A stretch of 64,000 nucleotides of DNA from Octopus vulgaris (taxonomy: Eukaryota): contig OX597816.1 in the NCBI GenBank assembly GCA_951406725.2, forward strand, positions 4,526,001-4,590,000, read 5' to 3'. The notes beneath the pieces were generated by a model, which saw nothing but the letters and a program-made list of their open reading frames with translations, was not told the origin of the DNA and searched no databases. Shown here piece by piece: positions 1-12,925 of this stretch. Every line of letters begins with the position of its first letter. Position 1 is the stretch's first letter. The translations under genes were made by a program, and so were the position numbers.

Positions 1-295
1 ACCTCGGCTAGATTTGAACTCAGAACATAAAGGGCCGGAAGAAATGCTACTAAGCATTTTGTCCGTCGCGCCGGTTCACGACCTTAATAATATTTCTTTT
101 TAATTGTGGCACAAACCAGCAATTTAGAGGGGAAGGGCTAATCGTTTACTTCACTCTCAATTTTCAAAGGGAAAGGTATTTTATTGACCCCGAAAGAAAA
201 AAAAAAAGTTAAGGTACAGTGACCTCAGACGAATTTGAACTCAAAATGCTAGAGTTTGTAACACGTGTTAGCGATTTTGCAAGCTCACCACCTTC
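1..295 (-). mobile_element. Two decayed SINE family B fragments
   Basis: Reverse-complement matches to the family-B B-box region (gatttgaactcagaac, gacccccgaaag, gacctc..gaatttgaactca). Confidence 0.7.
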
Positions 296-342
296 GCCAA
301 TGCCATAATAAGAACAACCATGCCCCATAGCTTGTTTCTATC

Positions 343-346
<4 letters not shown>

Positions 347-408
<62 letters not shown>
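347..408. repeat. (CT)n microsatellite
   Basis: Directly visible. Confidence 0.98.
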
Positions 409-411
<3 letters not shown>

Positions 412-678
412 TCCCCTCTCCTCTAATGAGAAAAGTTCTTTCTATTCAAAGACGTGTTCCGACATGATTTATTTCAACCTTGTTGTTTACCTTTTCCTTT
501 TGGTAAGCTCCGATAAACAAGCAGCAGCAGAGACACGATCTAGGTCACACTTCTAGATTCCTTTCCTCACACCTGAGACTATTTTAAACTTTTGTCATCA
601 CCTCGGAAAAGACCTGCACCTCGCAGATTACCATTCTCTCAGAAATCCTAGTGAAAATGGTCCAATCTATTTGATGTC

Positions 679-895
679 ATGGCTGTGTGGTTAAGGTGCT
701 TGCTTTGCGACCGCATGGTTTCGAGTTCAGTCCCATCTCGCAGCAATTTCGTTGGTCAACTATCTTGTTCTATCCTGGACCGAACTATCCCTTGTTAGTG
801 AATTTGATTGACGGAAGCCCGCAGTACGCGCGCGCACACACACACACGAACACACGAACACACACACACATGCATACATATATATATATATGTAA
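679..895 (+). mobile_element. Decayed SINE family C head followed by microsatellite
   Basis: ggctgtgtggttaag...gagttcagtccca...gacggaa matches the intact family C copies. Confidence 0.65.
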
Positions 896-1033
896 ATATA
901 AGATCCAGTAATCAAAGTGTAGGAAGAAAGTTAGCTTCAAGCAATCTGTAGTAAATATAAAAAACAATTTTCAGGGACAATAATGGTTTAATGAGACGGA
1001 ATATCTATATCTATATATATAAGAAAACGGAAG

Positions 1034-1104
<71 letters not shown>

Positions 1105-1140
1105 TGTGTGTGTGTGTGTGTGTGGGTGTGTGTGTGTGTG
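1034..1140. repeat. (TG)n microsatellite
   Basis: Directly visible. Confidence 0.98.
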
Positions 1141-1489
1141 CAGGCATTTTCCTTGTTCACCCCTTAAAATCAATATTTTTCCTCCATTTTCGTTCACGCT
1201 GGGAACACACATCACTTGTGTTCCAGAAATGGTCATAGACTCTTCAATTTTTCCACATAATGAATAATGCCGCCTGTTGGGCCCGAAAACACCTTCTCAT
1301 AGGTAAATAACAAATACCAACGATCCCTGCTTCAAGGAACATTACTCTTGGTGACGCAGTTATACTACTTTCACTTCGTTTTCTGCTACAGTTTTTACAA
1401 TGCCCATTCACTGCAAACTGCAGACATTTGCACAATATCACTTCCTTGGGGTAGTCATGCAACTTAGATCAACTTTTAATTATTCTTTT

Positions 1490-2633
1490 AAATGCCTTCA
1501 GAAAAATCATCCATATTACATCAGCTGACACTGTTACCGACTTCGATCAGGTTACACACTTTCCAACAAAATTTCTCAACTCCCAACATCCTCCAGGACT
1601 CCCTCCCACTGAATTTCGCTTAAAAGGCGGCTGCCCTGTCATCCTCCTACGCAATCTAAACGCACCCAGGCCCATGCAATGGAACTAGCTTTGTGATCAA
1701 ACAAATGATGGACCACGTCACTGAAGCCCAAATTATCACGGGACACGGCAAAAGCAATACCGTTTTTATTCCAAAATCTTTCACTAACCCCAACAGACTG
1801 CCCCTACCGTATGCACAAACTTCTGTTCCATCTCAAACTCAGCTTCACCATGACAATTAACAAAGCACAAGGTCAATCGCTAAAAGTTGTTGGATTAGAC
1901 CTTCAAACGTCATGCCTTTCACATGGAAGGTTCTACGTCAGTTGTTCCAGAGTTGGCCATCCAGACAACTCATTCATCTACGATCCTGAAGGAAAGCCCA
2001 AAAATGTTGTCTGCAAAGCAACCCTACAGTAGTTATTCCTCTACTGCAATCTTCACATCTACGCCAAACTGTAGCCGATAGCAATCAGACTTTCTTCAAG
2101 CATTTCATTGATATTTTTCTTCATATCCACGATTGCTGTTAAAAGTACATTACTTTAAATGACCCTTCTTACTTCACACACGCTGTTCGCATCTAAGAGT
2201 GCTCTGACACTTATTTTTGTACATGCCATTATTCTATTTGTGTGTTTGCTATAAATATTTCCTTTTGTTTATCATACATGGCTTTCATTGAAAAAAGCTT
2301 CGATGCGGTTGTGTCAGGCATAAGGTGTAAAATAACTACATGCTACAAAACACTTCAGGTGAGATATAGGATCCCTAATACCTACTGCAATTACGACCTC
2401 ATTTCATGGACTTTCATTTATTCTTAACTGCCAATTTTGTGTTCAAAATTTTTTTACTCATTAGCTATATTATTCATGCCATATAATAAACTGCTAACGA
2501 CATTGGTAATTATACATTTTACGTTTATCCACTTGAAACGACGTCTAACTGCGGGATAATGCAACATAATCCGTCCAAAGGAGTGCACCGTTATAATAAA
2601 TTACACCGTCCAAAGGACGGGCCAGTTTGCTAG
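1490..2633 (+). mobile_element. 3' portion of an autonomous-type Helitron
   Basis: PIF1 helicase C-terminal remnant, then subterminal hairpin ccgtcc-aaa-ggacgg (2606-2620) and a CTAG|T end at 2630-2634. Confidence 0.9.
1492..2032 (+). pseudogene. Frameshifted Helitron PIF1-like helicase C-terminus
   Basis: Motifs FLNSQHPPGLPP, GCPVILLRNLN, CNGT, SFTMTINKAQGQSLKVVGLDL, SHGRFYVSCSRV and KNVV across frameshifts. Confidence 0.9.
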
Positions 2634-2655
2634 TATATGTATATATATATATATA

Positions 2656-3050
2656 TCTTTATATATAAAAGAGAAGTTGTGTGTCTATCTCCTACGATTT
2701 AGATTCCTAACTACTCCCACATTTTGCGGTGCAGTTTAACCAAAAGCGGGTATCTTATAGTCGTGATTCATATCGATCCCCTCTGCGTATTAGCGCGCGT
2801 CTACGATGAGTCTACGATTTAAAAGAAAATTTACCATCATTTTTTTGCATTTTTATGCATTTTTTCGCTATTATATAAGGGAAGTAACTCTCTAAAAATG
2901 TCTACGATGAGTCAACGATTTAAAAAAAATTTACCATCATTTTTTTCCATTTTTAATGCATTTTTTTGCTATTTTTTGGCTATAACTCTCTAAAAATGCT
3001 TATATAGTTATTTCCCTTACAAACCCGAGCAACGCCGGGCGATACTGCTA

Positions 3051-3051
<1 letters not shown>
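2656..3051 (+). mobile_element. Non-autonomous Helitron (about 396 bp)
   Basis: A|TCTTTATATATAAAAG start; hairpin cccgagcaacgccggg; CTAG|T end; internal duplication of tctacgatgagtc..cgatttaaaa. Confidence 0.88.
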
Positions 3052-3093
<42 letters not shown>

Positions 3094-3195
3094 ATTATAA
3101 GTTCAGCAAAACTTAGATTCAGATGAATATGGTACCAGAATTTAAAGGCACCAGAATTTGGTATGGTATTATCCATATAAATCAAATGGGGTGAT

Positions 3196-3404
3196 TATAA
3201 TCAAAATAAGCAACAAGGATATTCAAGGTAGCGTAGTACATTAAGTATAAAAATGTACATTGTCTAATTAATCAAAAAATTCTATATGTGGCTGAAGATT
3301 GCTCTACATTTTAAAACTGATGTAATACTTACATTGTTTAATAAAATGAAGTAGCATGAAACGATTGTACTACTCTACCTTGGATATCCTTGTTGCTTAT
3401 TTTG

Positions 3405-3410
<6 letters not shown>
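3196..3410. repeat. Fold-back (about 45-bp inverted arms 3196-3240 / 3366-3410) ending in (TA)n; Penelope-like terminus
   Basis: tataatcaaaataagcaacaaggatattcaaggtagcgtagtaca versus its near reverse complement; hammerhead overlaps spacer and right arm. Confidence 0.8.
3288..3373 (+). ncRNA. Type I hammerhead ribozyme
   Basis: gtgg-CTGAAGA-t-tgct...agca-t-GAAA-cgattg-TA-ctac: stem I gtgg/ctac, stem II tgct/agca with long loop, GUA cleavage triplet. Confidence 0.75.
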
Positions 3411-3444
<34 letters not shown>

Positions 3445-3921
3445 CATACATACATACATACATACATACATTCATATTGGTATGCATGTATATGTTTCTT
3501 TATATGTGTATCTGTATTTGTGTTTGTTACACAACACTGCTTGACAGCCAGCGTTGCTTTCTCTGGCCAAACAGTGTTGCTTTGTTTATGTCCCTGTAAA
3601 GATGTTTGGCCAGAGAAATAGATACACACACGCGCGCACATACATATGTATATTCATATGAATTCCAATCTATGCAGGGACAGTTTTAACTAGGAATTTA
3701 GTGAGTGGGATCGGTCGCCACAATCTCTGATTCACCCGCTTGACATTGATATCTGCATCACAGTTGCCCCTCATTGCAACGGAGCATTGGAGTAGAGTGA
3801 ATTTAGTGAGACGTTGATATACGTAAACGCTCCTTTACTCCAAGGAATACAACCAAGTTTAATTATCCTCCGCTCAACCTAGATACCTCCACCAACAGAG
3901 TCGGGAGTGTTTTATCCCAAA

Positions 3922-4280
3922 CTAGCACTATGACCCGGTAACGCCGGGTCATAGTGCTAATGCATGCATATACAGCTGTGTGCGTGCGCACATACACGCG
4001 AGTACTGTCCAAATCTCCGGCCAATCACATACAACTAGCTGGCATTCAATTGGCGTATCAAGTTTCGGGCGTTTTGATTGGGTTTTGGATAAAAAATTCA
4101 CAAAAAAAGTCACTTCTATTGATTTTTTAATGGCTTTACAGGGTGTCTGGGGAAATGTAAAGATGTGCACGACCACCCTTAGACGGTTTTGAATGACCAT
4201 AGAAAGTGCGACCATAGAAAGTGGATTTGTATAAAGGACACACACACAGACAGACATTTTGCCGTTTATATATAGAGAGA
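3922..4280 (-). mobile_element. Non-autonomous Helitron (about 359 bp)
   Basis: Minus strand starts A|TCTCTCTATATATAAAC and ends CTAG|T; 16-bp perfect terminal hairpin tagcactatgacccgg/ccgggtcatagtgcta. Confidence 0.88.
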
Positions 4281-4396
4281 TTAGATGAGATTTCTGATGT
4301 GCACTTAAATACTACATCTCTTTGAGTGCACGTGATGATAAGGTGACATACTCTTAGCAGTGCTACATTAACCAATATGCAAACTAAGCACGTACT

Positions 4397-4725
4397 CAGG
4401 GCATTAAGAGGGCGGGAACCACAGAAATGGCAAATGGTTTAAGGTAAAAAAGAATCACTTTTAACTTGCCTTATCTCAACTAAATATAAAGGTGTGTCAC
4501 ATAAAATTAATTTTGAGGATCTACTCAAAGATTTTGCAATTAAAAATAGTAGGAGAAAACTTTTCGAATATAAATAAAGTAGATGCATACAAAAATAAAC
4601 ATTATGGTCAATCTTACCGCTAGTTTTGTTTCATTTTGATAAATATAAATTTATTTTATAGTTTCTTATTGTTTATATTTTGAATTACATGTACATGGAG
4701 GCGACAAAATCTTTTAAATCTTTTA
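4397..4725 (+). mobile_element. hAT transposon remnant (dimerisation-domain C-terminus)
   Basis: Frame reads LISTKYKGVSHKINFEDLLKDFAIKNSRRKLF*, typical of hAT transposase ends; CAGGG-type start at 4398. Confidence 0.6.
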
Positions 4726-4727
4726 AA

Positions 4728-4821
4728 TTGGGCAAATGTCTTCTACTATAGCCTCGGGCCCACCAAAGCCTTGTGAGTGGATTTGGTAGACGAAAACTGA
4801 AAGAAGCCCATCGTATATATG

Positions 4822-4893
<72 letters not shown>

Positions 4894-5098
4894 TGTGTGT
4901 CTGTGTTTGTTCCCCCAACATCGCTTGGCAACCGATGCTGGTGTGTTTACGTCCCCGTAACTTAATGGTTTGGCAAAAGAGACCGATAGAATAGGTACTA
5001 GACTTACAAAGAATAAGTCCTGGGGGGCGATTTGCTCGACTAAAGGCGGTGCTCCAGCATAGCCACAGTCACATAACTGAAATAAGTAAAAGAGTAAG
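4728..5098 (+). mobile_element. SINE family C, 5'-truncated, internal (TG)n
   Basis: Matches other family C copies through to the gtaaaagag tail. Confidence 0.9.
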
Positions 5099-5749
5099 AA
5101 AATTAGTATTGATTCACGCAGGATTTATTCCTGGCCACATCTGCAATCGGCAAGGTTTTGGCAGATCTCGTGTTGTCTAGTCCTTATCCTTCATTGTTTA
5201 GTATACAATAAAAACCCAAGCATCATTGTTACACTAGAATCATTGGCAAAATTATCCAGTGTTAATGGTTCGTAAATTCCTTTTCTTAGCATGGCTTAGC
5301 GGCAGGGTGCTCTCACTGTCACAATACATTTGGCGGCATCTTGTGAGTTGATTTTATCCTTTCACTTGCACTAGATAAATTAATTGACGAAGCTAAACTC
5401 TCCTCACTAACCATCGTCATCATCTACATTTCTTTCTTTTTCTTCGTGTATGCTTTTTACTTTGGGCGCCTCTCCTATCAGAACACATTTTGTAGTGTAA
5501 ACTAACGGCAATTATATTAAACCACAAGAAAAATGAGGCCATCAATGACAAAACTAAAAAGAAAACCACCTCTCCTTTTCATTCGACACATTAATTTAAA
5601 TTGATTTCTTTGCCCTAATCTATTTCACACATCACTTTATTTTTTAATGATTAATGTTTATAGAAGGAATTTCTCACAATTAACTTTTTTTTTTTAAATT
5701 TAATAACTGCAGCACTTAAAATTTTAAAATATCTTAATTTTAAAACCCT

Positions 5750-5810
<61 letters not shown>

Positions 5811-6032
5811 TCAGTTTTTTAAAATTATTATTTCGTTGTTTATAGGTGTAACTGTCAAAAACCACTTAGTTGGTTAGTCAAGTGTGATGAGAAATTAGTT
5901 AACTTGATTTAAAACTCATAACAAACTGTAAATGATGAAAACTTATGGTGCTTCCTGATTGGAATTTAAATTCATTTGGCTAAAGCTCGTACGTACTGGA
6001 GACGGGGACTTTATGAAGGATGGTTTCAGAGT

Positions 6033-6428
6033 TTTTTTTGGTTGGAAGCACTCCATCGGTTACGACGACGAGGGTTCCGGTTGATCCGAATCAACGGAAC
6101 AGCCTGCTCGTGAAATTAACGTGTAAGTGGCTGAGCACTCCACAGACACGTGTACCCTCAACGTAGTTCTCGGGGATATTCAGCGTGACACAGAGAGTGA
6201 CAAGGCCGGCCCTTTGAAATACAGGTACAACAGAAACAGGAAGTAAGAGTGAGAGAAAGTTGTGGTGAAAGAGTACAGCAGGGATCACCACCATCCCCTG
6301 CCGGAGACGCGTGGAGCTTTTAGGTGTTTTCGCTCAATAAACACTCACAACGCCCGGTCTGGGAATCGAAACCGCGATCGTATGACCGCGAGTCCGCTGC
6401 CCTAACCACTGGGCCATTGCGCCTCCAC
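6033..6428 (-). mobile_element. tRNA-derived SINE family A, full length
   Basis: A/B-box head GGAGGCGCAATGGCCCAGTGG...GGTTTCGATTCC on minus strand; TSD ggtttcagagt at 6022-6032 and 6429-6439. Confidence 0.95.
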
Positions 6429-6781
6429 GGTTTCAGAGTAGGAAATAAATGAAAAATATTTTTTCATCTGAGTAAGATGTTTCTGTTCCGTGCGACACCA
6501 GACGTTATAGATAGATCCAGATGAAAACTATGTTGCGAATTGAGAACTGTTCGATAGCCAGAGGCATGGGCAATAAAGTGATTCTCTCGAAATACATTTA
6601 AATAAATGTAACAGAACAGATTTATGAGTCGTTATTCTAATTCTAGATCTCTCTGTCCGTTTTTCTTTCGATGATGAATGTTGGTTTATATGGTTAGCTG
6701 GTCAAATTGAGTAAATAAAGAGATTAACTCTATATATTAACGATCGTGGACATGACCGATGTTGTGTCGTATCTTTCAGAA

Positions 6782-7168
6782 GTGGAGGCGCAATGGCCCA
6801 GTGGTTAGGGCAGCGGACTCGCGGTCATAGGATCGTGGTTTCGATTCCCAGACCGGGCGTTGTGAGTGTTTATTGAGCGAAAACACCTAAAAGCTCCACG
6901 AGGCTCCGGCAGGGGATGGTGGTGATCCCTGCTGTACTCTTTCACCACAACTTTCTCTCACTCTTACTTCCTGTTTCTGTTGTACCTGTATTTCAAAAGG
7001 GTCCGCCTTGTCACTCTCTGTGTCACGCTGAGTATCCCCGAGAACTACGTTAAGGGTACACGTGCCTGTGGAGTGCTCAGCCACTTACACGTTGATTTCA
7101 CGAGCAGGCTGTTCCATTGATTCGGATCAACCGGAACCCTCGTCGTCGTAACCGACGGAGTGCTTCCA
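6782..7168 (+). mobile_element. tRNA-derived SINE family A, full length
   Basis: Same head and body; 14-bp TSD cgtatctttcagaa at 6768-6781 and 7169-7182. Confidence 0.95.
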
Positions 7169-7288
7169 CGTATCTTTCAGAAAGCAAACCTTTGTTACCA
7201 GATCAGTTTTATAAAAAAATAATGTAGGAGAAATTTTCAAAATGTAGCAGATTATATAAGAAAGTAACTCAAAATGAAAATTTTGTAA

Positions 7289-7680
7289 GCAGGCGTGGCT
7301 GTGTGGTAAGAAGCTTGCTTCCTAACCACATGGTTCCGGGTTGAGTCCCACTGCGTGGCACCTTGAGTAAGTGTCTTCTTCTGTAGCCTCGGGCCGACCG
7401 AAACCTCGTGCGTTGATTTGGTATACGGAAACTGAAAGAAGCCTGTTGTACACGTATGTGTGTGTCTGTGTCTGTGATTGTCCCCACCAACGCTTGACAA
7501 CCGGTGTTGATGTGTTTACGTCCCCGTAACCTTAGTGGTTGAACAAAGAGACCAGTAGAATAAATATCAGGTTTAAAAAAAAAATAAATACTGGAATCGA
7601 TTCGTTCGACTAAAATTCTTCAAAGCGGTGCCCCAGCATGGCCGCAGTCTACTGATTGAAACAAATAACAAGTAAAAGAA
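7289..7680 (+). mobile_element. tRNA-derived SINE family C
   Basis: gcaggcgtggctgtgtggtaag head, ccagcatggccgcag tail. Confidence 0.92.
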
Positions 7681-7999
7681 ATTGAATGCGCATGTCTCTC
7701 CTCTGTTGTCTTCTTTCGGTTGTTTATTGCTTTTATTTTATATTTTTTACTCTCATGCCAACCTCATATTTCTCTCCTCTCTGCATTCAACCTAACCTCC
7801 CGCGATTACCTCAAATCTTTCGTTTTACTTCCTCATTCACTTCTCTCCGTTTTCTCTACCCATTTTTCTTTCTTCTTTCTATATTTTCTTCGGATGAATG
7901 ACTGGCATCCGAAACGTCAAGTCATGTCCCCTCCTTTTTCCCCGTTAACATCTCGTGTCAAACCCTATGTTGAACAGGGTTTGACACGAGATGGTCAAG

Positions 8000-9300
8000 A
8001 AGTTGACAGATGGTTCGTAAATCTCCGATTACCTACTACAGCGAACAATGTCAAGAAGGTTATAGAAAAATTTAGGCTGCGGTTTCAATTCCTGGTTGAG
8101 AAGCCAAGAATTCACCGTTCCAGGGAAATCTATTTCAATGGTTCTTTACAATCCTTGGATAATTTATAGATTTCTATTCTACGAACTTGTGAATTTCTCG
8201 TTCCAATTCTTCAATGTTACAAGTTTAATTTTTGGCAACATCGCAATATGTTAGATAAGGAGTTGTAAACAGATTTTATGAGAATCAGGCTTAGATGTCC
8301 TTGGCATGTAAAGAGAATTAACACCATAAAAGTTTGAAGCTTTCTCTTTCCCTCTTCCTCTCTCTCTCTCTCTCTCTCTCTCTTCCGCTCTCCTCCTTCC
8401 CTCTCTTTCTCTCTCTCCCTCTCTCTCTCTCTTTCTTAGCTTGATGTAACACTCCAGCAATTGTTTACCAAGCGGATATATTAACCCTGAAAGTGTTTTA
8501 CAATTGCTTTTATAACCATGTGCTTCATCACAATAATTAACACACACTTGATTCTTCACGAACGTTAGTAGTTGACTCGTCCAAAATCACAGACTCTCAT
8601 TTTTATGTCCTCCTTCCTTTTTCTTTCAATGGATGGAAGCACTCCGTCGGTTACGACGACGAGGGTTCCGGTTGACCCGAATCAACGAAACAGCCTGCTC
8701 GTGAAATTAACGTGTAAGTGGCTGAGCACTCCACAGACACGTGTACCCTTAACGTAGTTCTCGGGGATATTCAGTGTGACAAGGCTGACCCTTTGAAATA
8801 CAGGTACAGCAGAAACAGGAAGTAAGAGTGAGAGAAAGTTGTGGTGAAAGAGTACAGCAAGGATCACCACCATCCCCTGTTGGAGCCTCGTGGAGCTTTA
8901 GGTGTTTTCGCTCAATAAACACTCACAACGCCCGGTATGGGAATCGAAACCGCGATCCTATGACCGCGAGTCCGCTGCCCTAACCACTGGGCCATTGCAC
9001 CTCCACTCTTCTTTCAATACGGATGTTGCAGCAACATTTTTTTAAAGAACTGGGGATTTTGTTCGAAGCAATTTCAAATTAGCCGCAACTGCTGATAAAA
9101 GAAATATTTTATCAATATTTCCTAATCGACCAACACCAAATGCTGATGACTGTACTTCAAATGAATCTAACGGTTTTTGTGTGTTTCTTAAATGGCTTAT
9201 AAACACCTTCCACGCTGCAATTGTTATAGAAAATATTAAAAAATATAAACGGACACATGATTGGTTGAATAATTTTCTCAAGTCATTATACAATAGCTGT
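8000..9300 (-). pseudogene. Decayed gene, paralog 1 (type II membrane protein; possibly fucosyltransferase-like), interrupted by (AG)n and a SINE A
   Basis: Hydrophobic N-terminus then SAFGVGRLGN (from 9146 downward); CDEAHGYKSNC..LG..LLECY; LSKDCKEPLK. Motifs recur colinearly near 14 kb and 27 kb; stops and frameshifts present. Confidence 0.45.
8631..9006 (-). mobile_element. tRNA-derived SINE family A
   Basis: Full head and body with a small internal deletion; TSD ttctttcaat at 8621-8630 and 9009-9018. Confidence 0.95.
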
Positions 9301-9811
9301 GGCAGCTATTATATACTGTAAACTGCATTGGTCAATAATGTATTAGATTTCAATAGAAAGTAAACATTTACGTGGTTTCACTTTACTAACTCTTCTCAGT
9401 TCATGAACAGCACTAATTACTGTGTCCAGTCATTTAGATTTATACTAATTATAGTGAATCTGTGATGTGTTTAACCAACGTTGAGTTTTCGTGATGCAAT
9501 ATGTATCAAAGTATTTAAATATATAACAAAGCTAACTTCATCTAATAAATTAGACTAACTGGCCAAAAATAACATTTATATAAGTTTACAATTAAAATAG
9601 AAAAGAACCAGGTTGTAGCCAAAATAATCTTTTAAGAATCCCGAATTGAAATTCAAAAAATAATGTCAGGAAAATCCCGGTAAATACGTCAATCTGTTGT
9701 GTGTTGCCCAATTAAGCAAACATTTAATTAACACATTTAGGTATCTGTGATTCGGATTATTTTACGGTAAATATTTCTCTCCACTCATATAATTGTTATA
9801 ATTAACAACCG

Positions 9812-10231
9812 TAAGGCGGTGAGCTGGCAGAATCGTTAACACGCCGGGCGAAATGCTTAGTGATATTTCGTCGGCCGTTACGTTCTGAGTTCAAATTCCG
9901 CCGAGGTTGACTTTGCCTTTCATCCTTTCGGGGTCGATTAATTAAGTACCAGTTACGCACTGAGGTCGATATAATCGACTTAATTCGTTTGTCGGTCCTT
10001 GTTTGTCCTCTTTGTGTTTAACCCCTTGTGGGTAGTAAAGAAATAAGTATTTCTTCTGCCGTTACGTTCTGAGTTCAAATTACGCCGAGGTCGACTTTGC
10101 CTTTCATCCTTTCGGGGTCGATTAAATAAGTACCAGTTACGCACTGGGGTCGATGTAATCGACTTAATCCGTTTGTCTGTCCTTGTTTGTCCTCTCTGTG
10201 TTTACCCCCTTGTGGGTAATAAAGAAATAGA
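9812..10231 (+). mobile_element. tRNA-derived SINE family B, internal tandem dimer
   Basis: taaggcggtgagctggcagaa head; body repeated twice; 15-bp TSD tataattaacaaccg at 9797-9811 and 10232-10246. Confidence 0.93.
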
Positions 10232-10808
10232 TATAATTAACAACCGCCTGCCAGTCCAAATACAGAATTACTATCGACATTCTTTTTATGCATTTAAACC
10301 TTACGAGGACCATTATGTGGTGCCATTAAACACAACACATCATTCATCTTTGCTCTACTTTTCTGATCTTCGGCAACAACCTTGTGCATCTTTAAACACG
10401 ACAAGTTAAAAGATACTGCAAAGGTATTCTCAATATTCTTTATATTAGAATATACACTTTTTTAACCGTTCACTATATCAGTTATACTTTCGTTCTCACT
10501 TCCTTCTTTGTCTCTCTTTCTCTTCAATTATTTTGTCTTTATCAAAGAATGTCTGCAACGCTGTCTCCTTTTCGCTTTCTCTATCCTCCTCTCGTTTCCA
10601 TACACATTGGCCTGTCTGTCTGTTTGTCGCTTTCTCTCTCTTGTACGCTTGACATTAAGACAACATTAAAAGACAACGACGTCAATGTCAACTTCTTCCT
10701 GGCGACCGATAACATATTCTATTTTTAAAGCATTTTAAGCTGTCGTTCATTCTCCATTGATCATTTGGTTGGTGAGGCAAAAACTGCTCCACTTAGTTTC
10801 GGTTGATC

Positions 10809-10823
10809 CACACACACACACAC

Positions 10824-10882
<59 letters not shown>

Positions 10883-10957
10883 CATACATACATATATATA
10901 TATATGTATATATGTATATATATATATGTATATATGTATATATATATACGAAAACAT

Positions 10958-10993
<36 letters not shown>

Positions 10994-11075
10994 ACATACA
11001 TATATATATATATACATACATATATATATATATATACACATGTATATATATATATATATATATACATACACATAT

Positions 11076-11136
<61 letters not shown>

Positions 11137-11263
11137 AATACACACACATCTGTATGCGTGTGTGTATACATATATACATATACACATACGCTTACATCTA
11201 CGAGCACACATATACATGTATGCATAAATATAAACTCAGTCTCTCTGTCTGTCATTCTGTCTC

Positions 11264-11328
<65 letters not shown>
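10809..11328. repeat. Compound (TA)/(CA)/(CT) microsatellite block
   Basis: Directly visible. Confidence 0.97.
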
Positions 11329-11331
<3 letters not shown>

Positions 11332-12054
11332 ACACACATATATTGTACTAAGTATGTCAGCAGTTTGCACGTCTCCAAGTTTATAACAGGAAATTTTGTT
11401 CACCATCGTCACCGTCATTATTATTTTACATCCATTCTGCCAGACTAGAATGAATTTGATGGATCCGATGCTATCTCACCTCACTCTTTCATCCTGTTGT
11501 ACACACGACACAAACCAAACACCTTCGTTGTGTTTGTCTCTAACAAAACTATATTTTTCTCTCCATTTTCTGCTGTTTCCATCTGTGACTTCTTTTCTTA
11601 GCATATTTTTACATTTTTTTACAGCTGGGTGCATTTCCTATCACAGACTGTTCAACAAATTATTCGACTGGAAGTGTTTCTCTAATGCCACCGGCATTAG
11701 AAAAATTGTCAGACGAGACAAAGAGCCCACCCCTAATGTCAACGTAAATTGACCTCGTTGACCTCGTTTGCTTCAGACATTATTCATTCTCCAGTCATTA
11801 ATTAGTGTTTATCAGAATTTCCTAATTTCAACACCGTGTTTTAAAAATTTCACAAATGCAGTAATTATGAATTGAAAACGTTCTTAACTACAGAACTGTC
11901 TAAACCAGGGGTCGGCGGAATTTCTTATATCATTGATAACTTGCCACCCCCATCATGTTGATCTATAAAATAAAATCAAAAAGTATAATAAAAGAATTCT
12001 TGATTCAAAAACAATAATTCTTCCTTCTTTTGTAGAAAAAAAATAATGAAAATA

Positions 12055-12225
12055 GGCGCATGAGTGGCTGTGTGGTAAGTAGCTTGCTAACCAACCACAT
12101 AGTTCCGGGTTCAGTCCCACTGCGTGGCATCTTAGGCAAGTGTCTTCTACTGTAGCCTCGGGCCGACCAATGCCTTGTGAGTGGATTTGGTAGACGGAAA
12201 TTGAAAGAAGCCTGTCGTATATATG

Positions 12226-12259
<34 letters not shown>

Positions 12260-12484
12260 CATGTGTTTGCGTGTGTGTGCGTGTTTGTCCCCCTAGCATT
12301 GCTTGACAACCGATGCTGGTGTGTTTACGTCCCCGTCTCTTAGCGGTTCAGCAAAAGAGACCGATAGAATAAGTACTGGGCTTACAAAGAATAAGTCCCG
12401 GGGTCGATTTGCTCGACTAAAGGCGGTGCTCCAGCATGGCCGCAGTCAAATGACTGAAACAAGTAAAAGAGTAAAAGAGTAAAA
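12055..12484 (+). mobile_element. SINE family C, full length
   Basis: Head, central microsatellite and (gtaaaaga)n tail. Confidence 0.95.
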
Positions 12485-12534
12485 ATACTTAACGAAATTG
12501 AAAGAGAACGATAAAAAATTTAGTCATATTATAT

Positions 12535-12925
12535 CAGGGATTCTCACCCGAGGTTCATATAACCCCTAGAATCTATACAAGATTTTTGTGAGTCCCCGGC
12601 GACAAAATAGTAAATTGGAGATCCACAGTATTATTTTAAGTGTCCGTGAAAATTTTTACCTTAAATATATTTATTGCAAGAAACAGTTTCTTTGTCTCGC
12701 GTTTTACATATTTCAACATGTTTTTTGTTTTTTTCTGTTACTGAAAAGGTTCTCTCAAAGATGGTTGCTGCAAACTTACGCAAGTGAAAGAGCGAAAAAC
12801 AAACAGGAATTTTGAAAAATAGTTTCTTTAAAACTAGTTTTTAAACATCGAATGGTATATGGATCCACTAGAATAAAATAGTTATCAAAGGGGTCCATAG
12901 ATAAAAAAACGGTTGAGAACCACAG
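12535..12925. mobile_element. hAT/Charlie-type MITE
   Basis: Imperfect TIRs cagggattctcaccc / ggttgagaaccacag resembling CAGTGGTTCTCAACC; the 8-bp TSD has decayed. Confidence 0.7.

Noticed and set aside
7720-8169. 149-aa plus-strand ORF
   Set aside because: Low-complexity start, no motif, and antisense to the decayed paralog.
11396-11752. Plus-strand ORFs here and at 23814-24122 sharing GCISYH
   Set aside because: Reflects a short shared nucleotide motif; the rest of the peptides do not align.
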